64,000 bases of DNA from an uncultured bacterium. Lineage in GTDB: Bacteria; UBA8481. The DNA is taken from contig CAZCME010000020.1 in NCBI GenBank assembly GCA_964499705.1, forward strand, positions 1-64,000, given 5' to 3'. Shown here one piece after another: positions 1 through 9,672 of this stretch. Made by a program: the position numbers and the translations under genes. The notes under the pieces were generated by a model. It worked only from the letters and a program-made list of their open reading frames with translations. It was not told where the DNA came from and searched no databases. Each line of letters starts with the position of its first letter. Within the stretch, counting starts at the first letter, position 1.

Positions 1-11
1 CTGGGGAGCGA

Positions 12-1043
12 TCACGGCGACGATTCACAGTCTGCGCGCCGCAACGGCGCGGGTTGGATCTGGAACCGCGCGAAGAGGAGAAGGCCGACCGCGATCATGA
101 GGATCTGAACCAAGCGCTGCGCCAGGGCGTACGACAGGCCGATGCCGGTTCCGAATCCGAGAGCGTGGAAGATGAACATGCGCCCGCCTTCATGGAGCCC
201 GAGGCGGCCGGGGATGATGACGGAGGGAAGATCCAGGAGGATCGACGCGGCCTGGATCATGATGCAGGCCGTGACGCCCGCGGAAATTCCGAGAGCGTGC
301 AGAATGAGAAGTGTCTGGAAAACGCTGACGATCCGCGCCGCGACATGGAAGCCGATGGAGAGGATGAAGTCGCCGGGCCTCCGGCCGTACAATTCGCTCA
401 TACAGATATCGAGTTTCTCCGCGCCCGTGATGAGAGAGGCCAGCTTGATGCTTCGAAGAAGCGGAATACCGGCCAGCGCGGTCAGGAGCGGAGCCAGTCC
501 CTTCTTCTGAAGTCGGACGAAATAGAAAAGCCCGCTCGTCAGGACCACGAACGAGATCGCCGCGAGCGGTGCCGCGAAATCGGGAAGATCGATCAGCCGC
601 AACATCATGAGGAGTCCTGCGCAAATCATGATCGCCTGCCCGATCATGAAGCTCCCCTGCGCGGCGATCACGGAGGCAAGGCCCGTGCTGAGCGGAACTT
701 CCGGTGCGAGGAGCATCGCCTTCACGGGTTCCCCGCCGAGCGTCAAGGACGGTGTCACCTGGTTGATCGATGTCCCGGCCATCCGGATCGCGAAGAGGCG
801 CATTCCTCGAGGGCGGCAGGCACGCGGCAGCGTGACGAGCCATCCAAAAGTGCAGAGAAGATCGAAGAGAAATTCCGCGAGGACGATGGGAAGGAAAAAT
901 AGTCCGATCCCCGCGAGACCGGCCGCGATGCGGGCGTGATCCGCGGTGCGGATCATTTCCGCGAAGACGAGCGCGCCGACCGCCAGGAGGACGATCTGGA
1001 TCGCGCGCGATCGGTTCCTGCCCGCGCCGGGATTGTCCGTCAC
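12..1043 (-). CDS. HpnL-like / lysylphosphatidylglycerol synthase TM (flippase-like) membrane protein
   Basis: C-terminal 343 aa of the 551-aa ORF is multi-TM with 'INQVTPSLTLGGEPVKA' and 'IPGRLGLHEGG' motifs. GTG start overlaps the hpnN stop (GTGA at 1043-1040). Confidence 0.75.
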   Translation of the reverse strand: MTDNPGAGRNRSRAIQIVLLAVGALVFAEMIRTADHARIAAGLAGIGLFFLPIVLAEFLFDLLCTFGWLVTLPRACRPRGMRLFAIRMAGTSINQVTPSLTLGGEPVKAMLLAPEVPLSTGLASVIAAQGSFMIGQAIMICAGLLMMLRLIDLPDFAAPLAAISFVVLTSGLFYFVRLQKKGLAPLLTALAGIPLLRSIKLASLITGAEKLDICMSELYGRRPGDFILSIGFHVAARIVSVFQTLLILHALGISAGVTACIMIQAASILLDLPSVIIPGRLGLHEGGRMFIFHALGFGTGIGLSYALAQRLVQILMIAVGLLLFARFQIQPAPLRRADCESSP

Positions 1044-3754
1044 GCGCCGCGCACGTTCCAGCGCGCCAGGAAGGTCGGAAGGATGAGGAGCGTGCAGACG
1101 ACATTGATGATGAGGCCCGCCGTCAGCATGCTCCCCATGCTCGCCATGCCCGCGTGCGACGAGAGCATCATGTTGCCCATGCTTCCGGCCGTTGTCAGGG
1201 CGCTGAAGATGATCGCCCGGCTCGTCGTGGACTTCAGCAGTTCCCCCGTCCCGGCGGTGCCGTGCCGCAGGTGGCGATCCATCACGTGAATGCCGTTGTC
1301 GCCCGCGGCGCCGACGAGAAGCGGGAGCACGATGATATTGGCGAAATTGAACGGCACCCGGAAGAGGACGGAGAAGGCGCAGGTGAAGAGTCCGCCCAGG
1401 ATGAGCGGCAGCATGACGAAGAGGACGATCCGAGCGCGGCGGAAGAGGAAGAAGAGCAGGATCATCATTCCGGCCAGGGCGGTCAGGAGCGCCTGTCGGA
1501 AGGCGCGGATCACGGCGCGGCTGGCTTCGACAAAGATGACGGGTGATCCCGTCGCTCCCGGCACGATGCTCCGCACTTCCGAGACGAACTTCAGGAGCGG
1601 ACCGTTCTGCGTCAGGTCTTCCTCCGGAAGAATCTCGACGCGGTATCGGCCGTCGCCCGCGATCCATTGAGCGCGGATCTCCTCGGGGATGCCCGCTTCC
1701 GTGACGATGTCGCCGGTCGAGAGAGCGAGCTGGAGCTTGGCGAGCATCGGTTCGAGAGACGAGAAGAGGGAGAGCGAGAGCGCGCCGAATTCTTCGCTTC
1801 GTTTATCCGGTGGCAGCGCGCGCAGCGCGTCCGTGTATCGCTTCAGGGTTGCGTTCAGGGCGCGGGCATGCGTGTCCGCTGATGCCCGGCGCGTCACTTT
1901 CTCCGCGAAGTCCTCCAGCGACGAATATTCCTCCTCTGGATCGACGCGCCGCGACGGAGTCACCGTCCAGAATTCCGGCTGCAGGAGTTCGCGCAGCTCC
2001 GTGATGATCGCGAGCTTTTCATCCTGTTTCTTCGGCACGAAGCTGTTGATGGATACGACGCCATGCACGGTCTCCAGAGGCTTCAGCCGAACGGCCTCGG
2101 CCTCCGCCGCGTCGGCGTTGCGGGCCAGGAGGACGATCGAGCTGGCGCTCCGGGAATGCGCCGCAAGATCGTGGTAGGTCGCGACGGATTCGGAGTGCGG
2201 ATCGCGGAGATTCATCGGATTGTAATCGAACGTGACTTGAGGAAGAAGAACAAGCGCGATCACGGCGAGGAGGACGGTCGCGGCCGGCAGGAGCCTCAGG
2301 GGTCCGGTGATTGCGCGTGCCGGCGCGGCCGGCTCGGGAGGACCGCCCGGAACAGGAAGAACGGAGGGCGGAGAAAGAGGCATCATCGAAAGAAGCGCAG
2401 GGAGAATTGTGAAGGTCGCCAGGAGGCTGATGAACATGCTCGTGCCGCCGATGAGCCCCAGCTCCGAGACGCCCTTGTAATCGGTCGGAATGAAGGAATA
2501 GAAGCCGACGGCTGTCGTGGTGGCGCAGAGCGCGAGCGGTCCCGCCATTTCGGACGCCGTGCTGCGCAATGACGCGATATGCGTCAAGCCGTCCCTCTTG
2601 ATCTGATCGCCGTACCGCAGACAGAAGTGGACGGTGTAATCGATCCCGAGCCCGATGTAAATCGCGGCGAAGGCGGCGGAGATGAGATTCAGATGCCCGA
2701 CGGCGGCGCCGACGAAACCGATCGTCCAGGCCAGTCCGACGGCCAGCGTCACGATCGAGGCGATCACCATGCTCCGGGAATTGAGCGCCCAGAAGAGAAT
2801 GATCGAGACGAGCAGGAAGGAGAGCCATCCGGATTGCAGGGCGCTTTCCGCCGCGCTCTTGAGTTCCTCGTGTTCGAGCGCGACCTCGCCGGTCAGGCGA
2901 AGGTTTAGCCCGTGGGGAGCATCGATCGCGAGCACGCGCGCCGCTTCGCGGATCTTTTCCATCGCCTCCTCCGCTCTTCCATACCCGTCGCCCTGCGCAT
3001 TAGTCTGGCAGGTTACAAGCGCGCGACCGCGATCCGCTCCTTCCTGGCTCGTCATGGTATCGCGCGATGTGTCATCCATGAGATTTCGCCAGGAGAGTTG
3101 GTACGGCCGATTCTCCAGACGCGCCGAGAAGACTCCGTCGAGGGCGCGAAACAGAGGTTCCAGTTCCGCGGAATGATTGTCCGCTCCCGTGAGGCGCACG
3201 GCATCGCCCGTCGCGCTGCCCTCGATCGCCTCCCCCACGGGCTGGAAGAATCCGGGAAGGTCGGGCCCCGCGATCATTTTCCGGAGCAGCGGCTCCATTT
3301 GAAGAAGCCGGTTCGAGAGATCCGAAAGATCCGCTTCATCCAGAAACAGGAATGCATGGGCTATGAAAAATGTATCCGCCCCGGGCCGCTCGACTTTCTC
3401 GAAGAGCGCCTCCGATCGCAGAACGACCGCCAGCCTGTCCGCGGCATCCTCCGCCATCTCCGGAGTCGGCGCGTCGATGACAGAGACCAGTTTTCCCCTG
3501 TTCCCGGGAAACGCCTGCTTGTAGTCCTCATACACGCGGCGATATTCGAGCTCGCGGGAGAGCATGTCGGAAGTATCCGTGGTGATTCCCAGGCGATGCA
3601 TGGCGAAGGAGACCGACAGGATCGCCAGCAGCAGACCGAGGACAAGGACGGTCCGCGGATGACGTCCGGACAGGACGGCCGTCGAAGTGAGAATCCGGAC
3701 GATGAATCCGTCCGGATCCGAGGAGGGAATCGGACGATCGGAATTTTCCCGCAT
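1040..3754 (-). CDS. hpnN: Hopanoid-associated RND/MMPL transporter
   Basis: 904 aa, two MMPL repeats ('GLGIDYTVH', 'GAAGDNGIH'), 'FDYNPMNLRDPHSESV' motif, hopanoid context. Confidence 0.88.
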   Translation of the reverse strand: MRENSDRPIPSSDPDGFIVRILTSTAVLSGRHPRTVLVLGLLLAILSVSFAMHRLGITTDTSDMLSRELEYRRVYEDYKQAFPGNRGKLVSVIDAPTPEMAEDAADRLAVVLRSEALFEKVERPGADTFFIAHAFLFLDEADLSDLSNRLLQMEPLLRKMIAGPDLPGFFQPVGEAIEGSATGDAVRLTGADNHSAELEPLFRALDGVFSARLENRPYQLSWRNLMDDTSRDTMTSQEGADRGRALVTCQTNAQGDGYGRAEEAMEKIREAARVLAIDAPHGLNLRLTGEVALEHEELKSAAESALQSGWLSFLLVSIILFWALNSRSMVIASIVTLAVGLAWTIGFVGAAVGHLNLISAAFAAIYIGLGIDYTVHFCLRYGDQIKRDGLTHIASLRSTASEMAGPLALCATTTAVGFYSFIPTDYKGVSELGLIGGTSMFISLLATFTILPALLSMMPLSPPSVLPVPGGPPEPAAPARAITGPLRLLPAATVLLAVIALVLLPQVTFDYNPMNLRDPHSESVATYHDLAAHSRSASSIVLLARNADAAEAEAVRLKPLETVHGVVSINSFVPKKQDEKLAIITELRELLQPEFWTVTPSRRVDPEEEYSSLEDFAEKVTRRASADTHARALNATLKRYTDALRALPPDKRSEEFGALSLSLFSSLEPMLAKLQLALSTGDIVTEAGIPEEIRAQWIAGDGRYRVEILPEEDLTQNGPLLKFVSEVRSIVPGATGSPVIFVEASRAVIRAFRQALLTALAGMMILLFFLFRRARIVLFVMLPLILGGLFTCAFSVLFRVPFNFANIIVLPLLVGAAGDNGIHVMDRHLRHGTAGTGELLKSTTSRAIIFSALTTAGSMGNMMLSSHAGMASMGSMLTAGLIINVVCTLLILPTFLARWNVRGA

Positions 3755-3859
3755 AGGAGATCAACTCTAGGAGGTTTCCCTTCCTCGTCAATGATTCGAT
3801 GACATACGTATGGCGCGTCGTTCCCGGGAAGACTAATCTCTTCGGAAGAGGATGACGCG

Positions 3860-4801
3860 ATGACGGGAAAATCGGCGACGAGCGGGCGGATATCGTGGCT
3901 GGACTGGATCCGGTTCGGTCCGTTTCTTTCCCAGCTCGTTGTCATTCGCAAGTGCAATCTCTCCTGTTCCTACTGTTTTGAATTCGACAGGACCTCGGAA
4001 CCCGTTCCCTACGCTCTCCTGGAGGAACGTCTTGCCAAGCTGCGTCAGCTCCGTTCCTGGGTCGTCTGCCTGACGGGCGGGGAGCCGACGCTTCATCCTG
4101 AAATCGATCGGCTGGTTGGCGCAATGCGCGAGATGGGATTCCGCCGACGCCAGATGATCACGAACGGGTACCGTCTCACGCGGGAATCGATCGAATCCTG
4201 GAACGAGTCCGGGTTGACGGATCTCCAGTTGAGCATCGATGGCGTGAAGCCCAACCGGACGACCGTCAAGGTGCTCGATCCTCTCAGGCCGCAGCTGGAG
4301 CTCCTGGCGCGGCATGCGCGGTTCAAGGTGGTCCTGTCCGCCGTCATCGGCAGCACGACTCCCGAGGAAGCGGGAGAGGTGATCCGGTACGCGCGCGAGC
4401 GGAATTTCTCGCCGCGTGTACTCCTGATTCACGACGTGGACGGCCGGATCCGGCTGACGCCGGAGGAATTATCCGCATATAGGAAAGTGAAGCGCGATCT
4501 GGGCGGAGCCGGAACCGAGTCGGGAGATTATCGGGAGCATCTTATCAACGAGGGCGCGGCGCCGTTCCATTGCCGCGCCGGTTCGCGCTATCTCTATGTC
4601 GATGAATTCGGCCTCGTGCACTGGTGCAGCCAGACCCGCGAGGCCTTCGCGAAGAATCTGATGTCGTACACGCCGGATGACTTGAGAGCTCAATTCGACA
4701 CCGGCAAGTCCTGCAACCCGGGATGCAGCATCGGCTGCGCGCGCACGGCGTCGGCTTACGATGAGTGGCGCGGTCAACCGGCGCGTTCACCCTCGTCATG
4801 A
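3860..4801 (+). CDS. Radical SAM enzyme with C-terminal Twitch/SPASM-like Cys cluster, function unknown
   Basis: CNLSCSYC (CxxxCxxC), 'LTGGEP', C-terminal 'CRAGSRYLYVDEFGLVHWCSQ...CNPGCSIGC'; SD GAGGA upstream. Confidence 0.85.
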   Translation: MTGKSATSGRISWLDWIRFGPFLSQLVVIRKCNLSCSYCFEFDRTSEPVPYALLEERLAKLRQLRSWVVCLTGGEPTLHPEIDRLVGAMREMGFRRRQMITNGYRLTRESIESWNESGLTDLQLSIDGVKPNRTTVKVLDPLRPQLELLARHARFKVVLSAVIGSTTPEEAGEVIRYARERNFSPRVLLIHDVDGRIRLTPEELSAYRKVKRDLGGAGTESGDYREHLINEGAAPFHCRAGSRYLYVDEFGLVHWCSQTREAFAKNLMSYTPDDLRAQFDTGKSCNPGCSIGCARTASAYDEWRGQPARSPSS

Positions 4802-5787
4802 ACGCCCGGCGGATTCTCGTCACCGGGGCGACGGGATTCATCGGCTCCGCGGTCGCAAGATGCCTGTTGGCACGAGGGCACGATGTAAGGGTCCTTTTGA
4901 GATCGACATCGCCGCGGGAGAATCTGGAAGATCTTCAGGTCGAAATCGCGGTCGGCGATCTGCGCGATCCGGAATCCCTGTCGAGCGCGTTGCGAGGATG
5001 CGACACGGTCTTTCACGTCGCGGCCGATTATCGATTCTGGGCGAAAGATCCGAATGAGATTTACGAGACCAATGTGGACGGTACACGGGCGATCATGCGC
5101 GCCGCCCTGGAGGAGGGAGTGGAACGCATCGTCTACACGTCGAGCGTGGCGACGCTTGGTGCGACCGTGGATGGAAGTCCGGCCGACGAAGACACCCCGT
5201 CCACGCTCGAATCCATGATCGGCGCGTATAAAAGGTCGAAATTCCTCGCGGAAAAGGAAGTGAGCAGGATGGCCGCGGATCGGGCACTTCCGGCGATCAT
5301 CGTGAATCCCGCCGCGCCCGTGGGTCCCCGCGACATCAAGCCCACACCCACCGGGAAAATGATCCGCGACGCCGCCGCCGGAAGAATGCCCGCGTACATC
5401 GAGACCGGTCTCAATATCGTCCACGTCGACGATGTCGCGGAGGGACACTGTCTCGCCTTCGAACGCGGCGTGATCGGTCGCCGCTACATCCTGGGCGGCG
5501 AGAACAGGGAATTGCGGTCGATCCTTACGGACGTCGCCGAACTTGCCGCCGTCACTCCTCCGCTCCTGCGCCTTCCCATGGCTCCTTTGATCCCGATCGC
5601 CGCGATTATTGAAGGAGCAGCCCGCGTGACCGGCAACGCCCCCTGGTTTACCCGTGATGAACTCTGCATGGCGAGGAAGCGGATGTATTTCTCGTCGGAC
5701 CGCGCCCGGCAGGAACTGGGCTACGACCCGCGCCCGGCCCGAGCCGCGTTGGCGGACGCCGTGGAGTGGTTCAAGAACCGAGTATGA
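4798..5787 (+). CDS. hpnA: Hopanoid-associated NAD-dependent sugar epimerase/dehydratase
   Basis: GATGFIG, 'FHVAADYR', YKRSK, 'PVGPRDIKPTPTG'; ATGA overlap with the radical SAM stop. Confidence 0.9.
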   Translation: MNARRILVTGATGFIGSAVARCLLARGHDVRVLLRSTSPRENLEDLQVEIAVGDLRDPESLSSALRGCDTVFHVAADYRFWAKDPNEIYETNVDGTRAIMRAALEEGVERIVYTSSVATLGATVDGSPADEDTPSTLESMIGAYKRSKFLAEKEVSRMAADRALPAIIVNPAAPVGPRDIKPTPTGKMIRDAAAGRMPAYIETGLNIVHVDDVAEGHCLAFERGVIGRRYILGGENRELRSILTDVAELAAVTPPLLRLPMAPLIPIAAIIEGAARVTGNAPWFTRDELCMARKRMYFSSDRARQELGYDPRPARAALADAVEWFKNRV

Positions 5788-5822
5788 TCGTCCATCACCT
5801 TTCAACAGCGGAGGCTGTCCTC

Positions 5823-6404
5823 ATGATTCGATCCGTATATTTTCGGAGACTGATGTGTATCGTTCTTGTTTTCCTGGCGGCTTCCGTCGCGGAGGCGGGC
5901 GGCAACAGCTATTCCTCGAATCGTGTCAGGTCGAACGGCCGCGTCCTTCTCGTCAACGACAAGGATAGCTCGGTCGTTCAGAACGCTTTCATTGCCTCGA
6001 AGAATATTCCCACATCGAGCGGCGAGTTCGCGCTTCGCATGATTTCCCACGGTGACGGCCGGCGGTTCGCCGCTTCCGACTCGCAGGGCGGCGCGGGAAT
6101 ATATCTTATGCCCCTGGGAAAGCTCACTGCATGGAAGCCGGGATTCTGGCCGAAAGAAGTGGAATTTAAAGTCATCAACGCCGACACGGCAACCCGGCTC
6201 GACGGAGAAGGGACATTGATTATCCTGTTGCATCCTCTGCCTCCATCGCGGCACGCGTCAGCGGCTCAGGAGGCGGCGCGCCTCTTCGGTTTTTTCCTCT
6301 CGAGCGGAAAAATCCGCGAGCCTTATCACGGTGAACTCGATGGCTCGGAAAAAATCCGCGAGGAACTGAGGCGAACACTGAAGAGCGAAGGCGGTTTACC
6401 CTAG
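5823..6404 (+). CDS. Hypothetical exported protein
   Basis: GGAGG SD before ATG 5823; signal-peptide-like N-terminus; no recognised domain. Confidence 0.55.
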   Translation: MIRSVYFRRLMCIVLVFLAASVAEAGGNSYSSNRVRSNGRVLLVNDKDSSVVQNAFIASKNIPTSSGEFALRMISHGDGRRFAASDSQGGAGIYLMPLGKLTAWKPGFWPKEVEFKVINADTATRLDGEGTLIILLHPLPPSRHASAAQEAARLFGFFLSSGKIREPYHGELDGSEKIREELRRTLKSEGGLP

Positions 6405-6497
6405 ATCGATCTCGACTTCCTGCGTCGAACCGATTTGTTCGCCAGTGCGATCTTGCCCGCTCGGGACATGGTTTCGATCTCCGCTTTATGAAGGAAA

Positions 6498-6554
6498 CAG
6501 AAGTTCCCCATATGCAAATTCTGACAGGATGAACAGGATGGGCAGGATCGATTT
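6498..6554. mobile_element. Left arm only of the MITE seen at 55649-55819
   Basis: CAGAAGTTCCCCAT followed by ACAGGATGA-ACAGGATGG-GCAGGATCGATT, closely matching 55648-55702. Confidence 0.7.
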
Positions 6555-6563
6555 ACGGCAGAA

Positions 6564-7238
6564 TTAAGGTAATGTAGTCCTATTATCGGCCCAACGAACC
6601 AGCAAGTTTTTCAGGGCGCGCGCCGCCAGAAAATAATCCCGGGTGAGTTGAAGCAAGGGGAAGAAGGTCCCCGGTTTCCGCAGCATCGCCACGGCCACAT
6701 CGCGCGCGGACGGTTCGCCGCGGCCGATCAAATCCTCCAGCGGCGAGAAATCTCTCATGGCGTCGTCCAGGACGCATCTCAGCGCCAGGAAGGGAATCCG
6801 GGATGCTGCCGCCACATGCGCCACGGATGCGGACTCCATGTCGAGCGCGTCCGCGCTGAATCTCCTCCGCAAATCCTTCTTCTCGCGAGGATCCGCGACC
6901 AGGTGTTCGACTGTCACGGCCCGCGCGGTTCTCGCTCCGAGCGCCCGCGCGCGCATCATCAAGGCTTCATCAGGAACGAAGGAGACCGAATCCTCCGCCT
7001 GGGCGACGACCGGTGAAAGCGCGACGACTGTTCCGGTCGCAAGGTCCGGACTGAGCCCGCCGCAGAATCCCACCAGGAGGCACCAGTCGGGTCGCGCTTC
7101 ACCGATGGCCCGACATGCGCCGTCTGCCGCCGCCACGCCCATCCCTATCCGCCGCACGCGAATGCCGTCCTGTTTCCGAAAGGCCCGCCGCGCGATCGCG
7201 TGCTCCGCCCTGAGCGGAGCCAGCACGAGTCCGCTCAT
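6564..7238 (-). CDS. hpnG: Hopanoid-associated nucleosidase/phosphorylase (PNP/MTA-SAH family)
   Basis: 'GMG', 'GFCGGL', 'ALDMESA', 'LRCVLD' motifs; immediately downstream of hpnH. Confidence 0.8.
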   Translation of the reverse strand: MSGLVLAPLRAEHAIARRAFRKQDGIRVRRIGMGVAAADGACRAIGEARPDWCLLVGFCGGLSPDLATGTVVALSPVVAQAEDSVSFVPDEALMMRARALGARTARAVTVEHLVADPREKKDLRRRFSADALDMESASVAHVAAASRIPFLALRCVLDDAMRDFSPLEDLIGRGEPSARDVAVAMLRKPGTFFPLLQLTRDYFLAARALKNLLVRWADNRTTLP

Positions 7239-7248
7239 CGTGTTCGTC

Positions 7249-8265
7249 TCAGCCGGCCGTGCGAAGGAGCGATCCCAGGACGCGCATGCCCGAACGGAGG
7301 CTTCCCAGGGCGTCTTCCACGGCCGTGCCCTCGTAGCCGCAATGCGCCATGCACTGGGCGCAGCGAGGATCCCGCCCGGTTCCGTAGCGGTCCCATTCCG
7401 TCTCTTCCATCAGCTCCCGGAATGTCGCCGCGTACCCGTCCGACATGAGATAGCAGGGCTTCTGCCATCCGAAGACGTTCCGGGTCGGGTTCGACCACGG
7501 CGTGCATTGGTAGTCCCGCTCGCCGACCAGGAAATCGAGATACAGCGGCGAATGGTTGAAGTTCCAGTCGTGGCGCCAGGACTCGTGGAGAATTTCCCGG
7601 AAGAGCGCGCGGGTCTCTTCGCGCCGCAGGAAATTTTCCTGGTCCGGCGCTTTTTCGTACGCGTAACCCGGAGAAATGGTCATGCCGTCGACGCCGAGAT
7701 CCGCCAGCATGTCGAACATCGCCCGCAGTTCTTCCGGATCTTCCTCACGGAAAACCGTGGTGTTTGTCGAGACGCGGAATCCGCGGCGCTTGGCTTCCTT
7801 GATCGCCTCGATCGCGATCGCGAAGACTCCTTCGCGGCAGACTTTCCGGTCGTGAGTCGCCTCCAGGCCGTCGAGGTGAATGCTGAACGTGAAATACTCC
7901 GAGGGTGTGAAGAGATCGAGGCGCGATTTCAGCGGCACGGCGTTGGTGCAGAGATAGACGTATCTCCGCTGCGCCACGAGGCCCGCGGCGATCTTGTCGA
8001 TCTCCGGGTGCATGAGCGGTTCTCCGCCCGCGATGGAGACGACCGGCGCGCCGCACTCTTCCGCGGCCGCGAGGCAGTCCGCCACCGGAATTCTCTTCCG
8101 GAGAATATCCTCCGGGAACTGGATCTTGCCGCATCCCGCGCATTCCAGGTTGCACGCGAAGAGCGGTTCCAGCATCATGACCAGCGGAAAACGCTCGATG
8201 CGCCGCAGCTTCTTTCCCAGCACATAGGACGCGACGGCCGCCGCCTGCTTCAGGGGAACGCCCAT
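7249..8265 (-). CDS. hpnH: Adenosyl-hopene transferase (radical SAM)
   Basis: 'FPLVMMLEPLFACNLECAGCGKI', 'SPGYAYEKAPDQENFL', 'CTPWSNPTRNVFGWQKPCYL', 'CAQCMAHCGYE'. Confidence 0.95.
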   Translation of the reverse strand: MGVPLKQAAAVASYVLGKKLRRIERFPLVMMLEPLFACNLECAGCGKIQFPEDILRKRIPVADCLAAAEECGAPVVSIAGGEPLMHPEIDKIAAGLVAQRRYVYLCTNAVPLKSRLDLFTPSEYFTFSIHLDGLEATHDRKVCREGVFAIAIEAIKEAKRRGFRVSTNTTVFREEDPEELRAMFDMLADLGVDGMTISPGYAYEKAPDQENFLRREETRALFREILHESWRHDWNFNHSPLYLDFLVGERDYQCTPWSNPTRNVFGWQKPCYLMSDGYAATFRELMEETEWDRYGTGRDPRCAQCMAHCGYEGTAVEDALGSLRSGMRVLGSLLRTAG

Positions 8266-9654
8266 TCAGGAATTCGACTTCGGAGCGGGATCTACGCCCG
8301 GACGGGCTTCTTCGTAGTAATCGAGCCCCGAATGATCGATGACTTCCTCGCCCATGATGATCCGCAGCGTGTTCTGCATCTTCTGATCCTGCTGGAAGAG
8401 ATCGTTGATGGGAGGAAGATCGGGGCGGTGCATCGGCGACTTGAAGTAGAACGACAGCCATTCCTGGATGCCGGACATGCCCGCCCTCCGCGCGAGATCG
8501 AGGAAGAGGACGAGGTCCAGGACGACCGGTGCGGCCAGGATCGAGTCGCGGCAGAGGAAATTGAGCTTCAACTGCATGGGCGCGCCGAGCCAGCCGACGA
8601 TGTCGATATTGTCCCAGCCCTCCTTCGCGTCGCCGCGCGGAGGATAATACTCGATCCGCACCTTGTGGTAGTAATGGCCGTACAGCTCCGGATACAGGTC
8701 CGCCTGGAGGATGCTGTCGAGGACGGAGCTCTTGGAGACTTCCTTCGACCGGAACGATCCGGGATCGTCGAGGACTTCGCCGTCGCGGTTGCCGAGGATG
8801 TTGGAGGAGAACCAGCCGGCGAGACCGAGCATGCGGGCCTTCAGGCCAGGAGCGACGATCGTTTTCATGAGCGTCTGTCCGGTCTTGAAGTCCTTGCCCG
8901 CAATGGGAGCTCCGGTCTGGCGTGCCAGTTCCACGAGCGCCGGGATCTCGCACGAGAGGTTCGGCGCTCCGTTGGCGAAGGGGATGCCGAGCTTGATGGC
9001 GGCGTAGGCATAGATCGTCGAAGGCGGAATTTCCGGCAGGTTCTCCCGCAGCGCCTTCTCAAAACCTTCGATCGTCTCGTAAGACTTGGGACTGGTGCCT
9101 TCCTGGTACACTTCCGTCGATCCGCACCAGCACATGACCAGCCGCTCCGCGCCGCTGGCCGCCCGGAAGTTCTCGATGTCCCGCATCAGTTGTTCGGCCG
9201 CGTCCATCTTGTTCGAGGTCTTCTTGACGTTGGGGCCGGAGATCTTCCGGACGAATGCCGGGTCGAATACGGCGGGCCACGGGCGGATTGCCGCCAGCTC
9301 GTCCCGGATCGGATCGAGCTGCTCGCGCGTCAGGACTCCGCACTCCAGAGCCTCGCGATAGCAATCCGAGTCGAAAATATCCCATCCGCCGAAGACGAGG
9401 TCGTCGAGCCCGGCCAGGGGAACGAATTCGCGGATGAAGGGATACCGGGCTTCGTTTCTCTTGCCAAGCCGGATCCGTGCCATCTGCGTCACGGATCCGA
9501 AGGGCCGGCCCAGCCCGCGTCGCGCGAGGAAAACTCCGGCGATGAACGTGGAGCTGACGGCGCCGAGGCCGGGAAGGAGGATGCCGAGCTTGCCGCGTGC
9601 GGGAGCGATCGATTTCTTGAGACCGCGATATTCGAACGTTCCTGTGTGCGCCAT
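8266..9654 (-). CDS. ino1: Myo-inositol-1-phosphate synthase
   Basis: 'GLGAV', 'GKDFKTGQTLMKT', 'NILGNRDG', 'GDAKEGWD', 'CRDSILAAP', 'SFYFKSP'. Confidence 0.95.
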   Translation of the reverse strand: MAHTGTFEYRGLKKSIAPARGKLGILLPGLGAVSSTFIAGVFLARRGLGRPFGSVTQMARIRLGKRNEARYPFIREFVPLAGLDDLVFGGWDIFDSDCYREALECGVLTREQLDPIRDELAAIRPWPAVFDPAFVRKISGPNVKKTSNKMDAAEQLMRDIENFRAASGAERLVMCWCGSTEVYQEGTSPKSYETIEGFEKALRENLPEIPPSTIYAYAAIKLGIPFANGAPNLSCEIPALVELARQTGAPIAGKDFKTGQTLMKTIVAPGLKARMLGLAGWFSSNILGNRDGEVLDDPGSFRSKEVSKSSVLDSILQADLYPELYGHYYHKVRIEYYPPRGDAKEGWDNIDIVGWLGAPMQLKLNFLCRDSILAAPVVLDLVLFLDLARRAGMSGIQEWLSFYFKSPMHRPDLPPINDLFQQDQKMQNTLRIIMGEEVIDHSGLDYYEEARPGVDPAPKSNS

Positions 9655-9672
9655 GGATTTTCGTCTTCTAGT

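Noticed and set aside
1044-1667. N-terminal 208 aa of the 551-aa ORF
   Set aside because: Overlaps hpnN out of frame and is Arg/Pro-rich noise; the real start is GTG 1043.
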